In this document: positions 60,601 to 64,000 of the stretch, one piece after another
How the letters are laid out: the number at the start of each line of letters is the position of its first letter
Position numbering within the stretch: the first letter of the stretch is position 1
Origin: Minisyncoccota bacterium
GTDB taxonomy: Bacteria; Patescibacteriota; Minisyncoccia; Phycocordibacterales; JAQTLZ01
Reading direction: 5' to 3'
DNA length: 64,000 nucleotides
Assembly (NCBI GenBank): GCA_028711065.1
Contig: JAQTSY010000002.1
Coordinates: 8,263 to 72,262, forward strand
The notes under the pieces: model-generated
Seen by the model: the letters and a program-made list of their open reading frames with translations, nothing else
Databases searched by the model: none
What the model was told of the DNA's origin: nothing
Made by a program: the position numbers and the translations under genes

Positions 60601-61786
60601 GTATGCTATTCAGGAACATAGCCGAAAAGGCTACACGGCGGTAGTATCTGGCGACTCTTCGTGCGAAACAAAAAATAAAGATGGGAGCGACAAGCCGACA
60701 GTTTTTACCGGGAATGGCAGTCTTGTTTCAGTGGGGTCAGTCACAATTAATGCTGGAGAGAATATCTCTTGTGTCATTACTAACACTGCCGCAACAAAAC
60801 CAGCATCGCTTACGGTAGAGAAAATCGTCGCTGGAAAAGGCGCCCCAGATAAGGCGAACAAGTTTGATGTCTGTATCGGAACGGATTGTGCGAAGGGTTC
60901 TAAAACTGAAAAGAATTTGGTTGTGGGGCAAGAATATACTGTTTCAGAGAAGAATCTCCCTCATTATGCACCAAGCTGGGCTCTTCCTTGTGTCCAGTCA
61001 AAAACTGATCCGACAAAAGCGACGATCACACTTTCCGCAGGAGAGAATACGTGTTATGTCACGAATACGTATACAAAACCGGGGTTGGATTTGTCTTATG
61101 ACAAGACAAAAATGGGTCTCTTCGATCCAAAATCGGGTATTCCTGTAGTAATCCACGCAACCATTGATGTGAGTGCTCTTATTATTGGATATTTTGTGGA
61201 TTCAAACGGTCAGATAGTTACGATATCTATTACGCCAGATGCTCGTTCCGGTCTTATGACAAAATATTACACCCTTCGCAATAGTTCAGGGGATCCGTCG
61301 GATAAGTTGAAAGGAAACTTAACCACGCTTCTCAGTGGAAGACAGCTTTCTTTTACCGCTGTCGATCAAAATGGTAAATCTAGCACACTCACTATGGAGT
61401 TGGACAAATCGGATAAATGGGATGAGTGGGGGAAGGCTTGGAAGAAAAATCATATTATCCCTACGATCAGTGTTGATTCGGTATTAATAGATAGTAAACT
61501 CGCCAAAGAACTTAATGTAAATGGAAAGGATAGGCAGCTCTCAGACGATAACGCTCTGAAAGCTCTCTTGGACCGCATTGCAAATGACCCTTCGCGTGTG
61601 CATGAAGGAAATATAACCAAAGGAGCAGACGGTTCATACCAATATGATCCGCTTCCTCCTCCACCACCGCCAAAAGGAAATCCCAGAAAAGTATCCTCAT
61701 CAGTAGATCCTCTTGCGGGCGTGAAAGAAGGCCTCGCTAATATCTGGTCAGGATTTATGAGTCTTTTCCAGAGTGTCACGCCATAA
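57605..61786 (+). CDS. Large surface protein (1393 aa) with three PT tracts and repeated prealbumin/CnaB-like domains
   Basis: N-terminal TM/signal; PT tracts at 58472-58546, 59537-59647 and 59966-60106; duplicated domain of about 107 aa; C-terminus LANIWSGFMSLF. Confidence 0.85.
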   Translation: MHSFLKYFTITFITAFLVIGGGILLTHSPRHVAADFSGPAPSTLPNTLSVKLETIPEPPPGETTDGILVPPGLSNQKFKASVYLSDGSLDTNFPITYQFGCDDDTSKTGSGKTEYENPFTVGDPGPDSPILCNFTTIQKYDANVPGLGGASRAYYYPTIYNVYDHSGSGPGLASRTLVLKPDSDDWSISLTGRIFDKAPGDWFYLGAVQGDITPKKNHEGLTYTYDFDCAAPQDGGQTTKSFPNRAATSLSTTCRFPDIPDTTYHLGLTVTDSKGDYKTTTYDVKTPSVTPTPTPPGPTPTPTATPTPTPTPTPGGCSVSLTSDQDTYFIHPPSEVQATYTATIHNPPPGATRFEYTFISYQRTNVDTLGPVDGGDSYVQTRWYNSTKDKKGNAANSATVSVHAKVKGGQSCGEADKAVRIEENPSSMSVVLKIKPQKVAKLPDKKDKSTAAKADKPDARSKVEETATITIAKGAANKPQGPYKYTLTGGGDCTPATTVSNTQLTQLFNCYYKDGTPSGKEYTKKIHVEDSSYPPQTAENTAKLKVVDPAPVPLGEIDVVVKVAPPAKGVKETLKAKDVTLKVGSTSAKDGSKIKFLPLTTYPVVVDPQPNHTADMSGCGEGSITLTPSAPKQTCTVTEVSSPNPTPTPTPTPTPTPTPPIPTPTPTPTPTPTPSPTPTPPASCDRNPIFSDNPCENRFGSDSVTTSKDLGRSNVSENSVKRNTIPNLTNYCQNVPTNQCAVHNPCDLKRFWCYTKLVGTNTYDRTSSSDSDYGYKACSCGFSGSGLPTPTPTPTPTDIPPVTPTPTPTPTPTPIHTPTPTVTPTPTPTPTPTPGKPAGQNIRLNVLSIPGKAGVTSKVAVIARVGKVSFSLGNMNTFQPIEAGKYDIVERSEKGYTAVVSGDSACETKNANGSDTPTTFTNNGTMTVVGSVTINSGENISCIITNTAVSNVPKTQNIKLDVKVVGGESAVRDFLIARAGTVSFNLANLNTFRPIKAGTYAIQEHSRKGYTAVVSGDSSCETKNKDGSDKPTVFTGNGSLVSVGSVTINAGENISCVITNTAATKPASLTVEKIVAGKGAPDKANKFDVCIGTDCAKGSKTEKNLVVGQEYTVSEKNLPHYAPSWALPCVQSKTDPTKATITLSAGENTCYVTNTYTKPGLDLSYDKTKMGLFDPKSGIPVVIHATIDVSALIIGYFVDSNGQIVTISITPDARSGLMTKYYTLRNSSGDPSDKLKGNLTTLLSGRQLSFTAVDQNGKSSTLTMELDKSDKWDEWGKAWKKNHIIPTISVDSVLIDSKLAKELNVNGKDRQLSDDNALKALLDRIANDPSRVHEGNITKGADGSYQYDPLPPPPPPKGNPRKVSSSVDPLAGVKEGLANIWSGFMSLFQSVTP

Positions 61787-61804
61787 GCATTTTTCATTGA
61801 TTTA

Positions 61805-61845
61805 CCACAGCAAAAATCCTCCGTTCTGGAGGATTTTTGCTGTGG
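61805..61845 (+). terminator. Terminator hairpin
   Basis: CCACAGCAAAAATCCTCC-GTTCT-GGAGGATTTTTGCTGTGG. Confidence 0.75.
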
Positions 61846-61918
61846 ATACTCTTTTTGTGAGGGGGGTATATAATAAAATCAGTAATTATTATTTATTCTA
61901 AATAAGCGCGAATATCCT

Positions 61919-63757
61919 ATGAAGAAATACTTATCACTTTTAAGCGTCGTCTTCGTTCTTGCTGCTGCAAGTTTTGCTTTTTCTGCGGTTTTGGTAAAAG
62001 CTGTGACAAACGGAGCGACTGACCCGTCCGTCACCAATTCTATTTATGTCACCGATATAAGCGGTCCAAGATCCATCGCTTTGAATACTGTTGCAAAAGT
62101 AACTGCGACAGTTCTCATTCCTGCCAATACGACAGTTACCTCGAGCGTAGGATGGGGGGAAAGACTCGAGACTCCCACAAAGGTCACTTATCCCGCTTCT
62201 TCTGTTGATAGAAAAGAAGTATTCACTTTCACTCACACCTATACTAAAAACGGTTCGTATAAATTTAGCCTTCCTCTCACGGGGACGGGAGCGAGCGGAG
62301 CCTCTGTGCCAATCGTCCCCGAATCGGACAAACTTTTTCCTATATCAGTAAGAGAGAAACCTCTCTCGGCGTTTGGGAATAATCCAATCACACTTCACTT
62401 TGCGCCCAAAGGTGCAATATGTCCTCCTGGTTATTCTTATCAATACTGCTATTACACTTTCTGGAGACCTGGAGCCACACAAGTCGGCCAAGTTGCGTTT
62501 TGGAAACTTGAAGCAAGGACTGCTGTCTCTGCCCCAGTCACTATTCACGCAAAGTGGGGAGACGGGCAAACTTCTGATATCACTCTTGCTTCTCCGGCTT
62601 CCGATGCTGATTTTCTTTTGAGTCACACCTACAATGCTACAAGCAAATATAATGTCGAATTTACCGCTTCTGATATGATGACTCCATCACATACTGTTGT
62701 TCTCAAAGATACAGTAACTGTGAGACCTCTTAGCGGAAAAAATAAAGCAGATCTTCCAGCGCCGACACCAACCCCCACACCAACACCTACTCCGACACCA
62801 ACACCTACGGTGACACCGACGCCAACAGTAACTCCGACCCCTACGGTCACTCCAACACCGACACCGACGCTTTCTTTTTCCACTTCTCAAACAACTGTGC
62901 AGGCGGGAGCGGCTGGAGATGCTGGCGTCATTCATTACACTTGGTCAAAGAGTTCCCCATACTTCACGGCTTATGCGGTGTTAGGAAGCGGCGCGTCATG
63001 TTATAACCTTGTGATGGCGAATCAGAATCAAAACACAAACGGCATTCCTCCTGTTGCGAGTTATGCAATTGTACCCGCTACTGTGCCTCCAGGAAGCTAT
63101 ACTCTCATACTTCAAAGTTCGCCATGTCCTGCAAGCAGCCATCAGCCTTCAGCATATGCGACAGGTATTACAGTAATTGCTCCACTCTCTTGTACCATCA
63201 CTTCGAGTATTCCAAGTGGGCATGTCACTGATCATGTTGACTTCACTACGAATGTAACCGGCGGGTTGGCTCCATTTACTTATGTATGGAACGCAGATGG
63301 GCAGAGTTTGCCTGGAGGGACGAGCAATCTAACAAGTAATATCTTGTCGATTGGGCGTTGGACGACTGGCATAGGGCAAAAAACTGTTACCGCCACTTTC
63401 ACTTCGGGCGGTCAGAGCGCGTCGTGCTCAAAGACATTTACCGTGACTTCACTCTTACCAGTTGCTGTCACCGATCCGGCAGCAGGTGTCGTTCGGCATA
63501 TTGGATCAGCGTATACTTTTTCTTGGGATAAGACACAATTGGCGGCGACCTCTGCAGATATCTATGTTGATACCATAAATCCTACGAGCGGTGTGATAAT
63601 CAAGTCATTCCTCATCCTTCCGGCTCGGCCAAACGACGGCAAGATGAGTGTTGCACAAAAGATTCCAACAGGCTCTGCTGGTACTGCAGAGGTGCGCTTA
63701 GTGAAAGCGGGGGCTTCAGGTCCAGCAATCATCAGCAATCCCTTCACTATTCAATAG
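61919..63757 (+). CDS. Secreted PKD-domain protein with long PT/PTV linker
   Basis: Signal peptide; WGE..THTY, WGDG..SHTY and GGLAPFTYVW; PT tract at 62762-62869. Confidence 0.82.
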   Translation: MKKYLSLLSVVFVLAAASFAFSAVLVKAVTNGATDPSVTNSIYVTDISGPRSIALNTVAKVTATVLIPANTTVTSSVGWGERLETPTKVTYPASSVDRKEVFTFTHTYTKNGSYKFSLPLTGTGASGASVPIVPESDKLFPISVREKPLSAFGNNPITLHFAPKGAICPPGYSYQYCYYTFWRPGATQVGQVAFWKLEARTAVSAPVTIHAKWGDGQTSDITLASPASDADFLLSHTYNATSKYNVEFTASDMMTPSHTVVLKDTVTVRPLSGKNKADLPAPTPTPTPTPTPTPTPTVTPTPTVTPTPTVTPTPTPTLSFSTSQTTVQAGAAGDAGVIHYTWSKSSPYFTAYAVLGSGASCYNLVMANQNQNTNGIPPVASYAIVPATVPPGSYTLILQSSPCPASSHQPSAYATGITVIAPLSCTITSSIPSGHVTDHVDFTTNVTGGLAPFTYVWNADGQSLPGGTSNLTSNILSIGRWTTGIGQKTVTATFTSGGQSASCSKTFTVTSLLPVAVTDPAAGVVRHIGSAYTFSWDKTQLAATSADIYVDTINPTSGVIIKSFLILPARPNDGKMSVAQKIPTGSAGTAEVRLVKAGASGPAIISNPFTIQ

Positions 63758-63811
63758 GACTGACTGAATCGTGAGAAAACCCCCAAGTATTCTCTTGGGG
63801 TTTTTCGTTTT

Positions 63812-63820
63812 TGTGGATAA
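63812..63820 (-). promoter_or_regulatory. Perfect DnaA box upstream of the next secreted-protein gene
   Basis: TGTGGATAA. Confidence 0.7.
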
Positions 63821-63920
63821 CTGAATATTGAGATTGGACTTGAACAGGGTACTATAAGAGCTAAGAGGGAAATGAAATTTATCTATTTTATTCGTCGTTA
63901 TTATACATATTAATATTATC

Positions 63921-64000
63921 ATGAGAAAATCTATTCTTACCGGTTTCGCGTTTCTCGTACTCATAATGGTCGCTCTTTTAAGCGGGGCTTCTTCCGCTCG
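63921..64000 (+). CDS. N-terminus of a secreted protein (partial)
   Basis: MRKSILTGFAFLVLIMVALLSGASSA resembles the signal peptide of the 40007 protein (MRKPILVGFALL). Confidence 0.6.
   Translation, partial: MRKSILTGFAFLVLIMVALLSGASSA

Noticed and set aside
60284-60654. Diversity-generating retroelement TR/VR pair
   Set aside because: Both copies lie in-frame within one gene, the differences are not adenine-specific, and there is no reverse transcriptase in the window.
8032-62869. CCNACN-type tandem repeats as CRISPR or VNTR arrays
   Set aside because: They are in-frame Pro-Thr codon runs with varied third positions. There is no repeat-spacer structure and no cas gene.
16764-63820. DnaA boxes as oriC
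   Set aside because: The boxes are single and kilobases apart. No dnaA or dnaN, box cluster or DUE is visible.
1-64000. Alternative genetic code (TGA = Gly, as in Gracilibacteria)
   Set aside because: Conserved genes are full length under code 11, and TGA ends genes such as pgk and pilC.

Overview
Chromosomal window from a bacterium using genetic code 11. The gene content points to Patescibacteria (CPR), most likely Parcubacteria; this is inferred from split comEC, a compact type IV pilus cluster, hppA, a TrmB regulator, a Parcubacteria-like RpsL, many large Pro/Thr-rich surface proteins and mostly SD-less starts. Core genes: hup, rny, clpP, rsmE, tig, hppA, nusA, tpiA, pgk, recJ, rnhA, comEC (two genes), sod, rpmB, rpsL, rpsG and fusA. 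Also present: a pilB-pilC-minor pilin cluster, a protein O-mannosyltransferase, a CsoR/CopA copper cassette lying between rpsG and fusA, and about ten Ig/PKD/PT-repeat surface proteins. I saw no rRNA, tRNA, CRISPR array, integrase or transposase. Main unexplained signals: (1) scattered orphan cassettes, including an outer-membrane-porin-like gene, with strong Shine-Dalgarno sites while most core genes have none; (2) perfect DnaA boxes in promoter regions, mostly upstream of surface-protein genes; (3) 85-120 nt rod-like hairpins ending 8-10 nt before start codons, one of them a 6S RNA candidate; (4) a candidate O-mannosylation and C-terminal sorting system for surface proteins; (5) a MITE-like element at the recJ start; (6) a GATase lacking its catalytic residues. 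All motifs and pairings were read by eye, with no database searches or folding runs.
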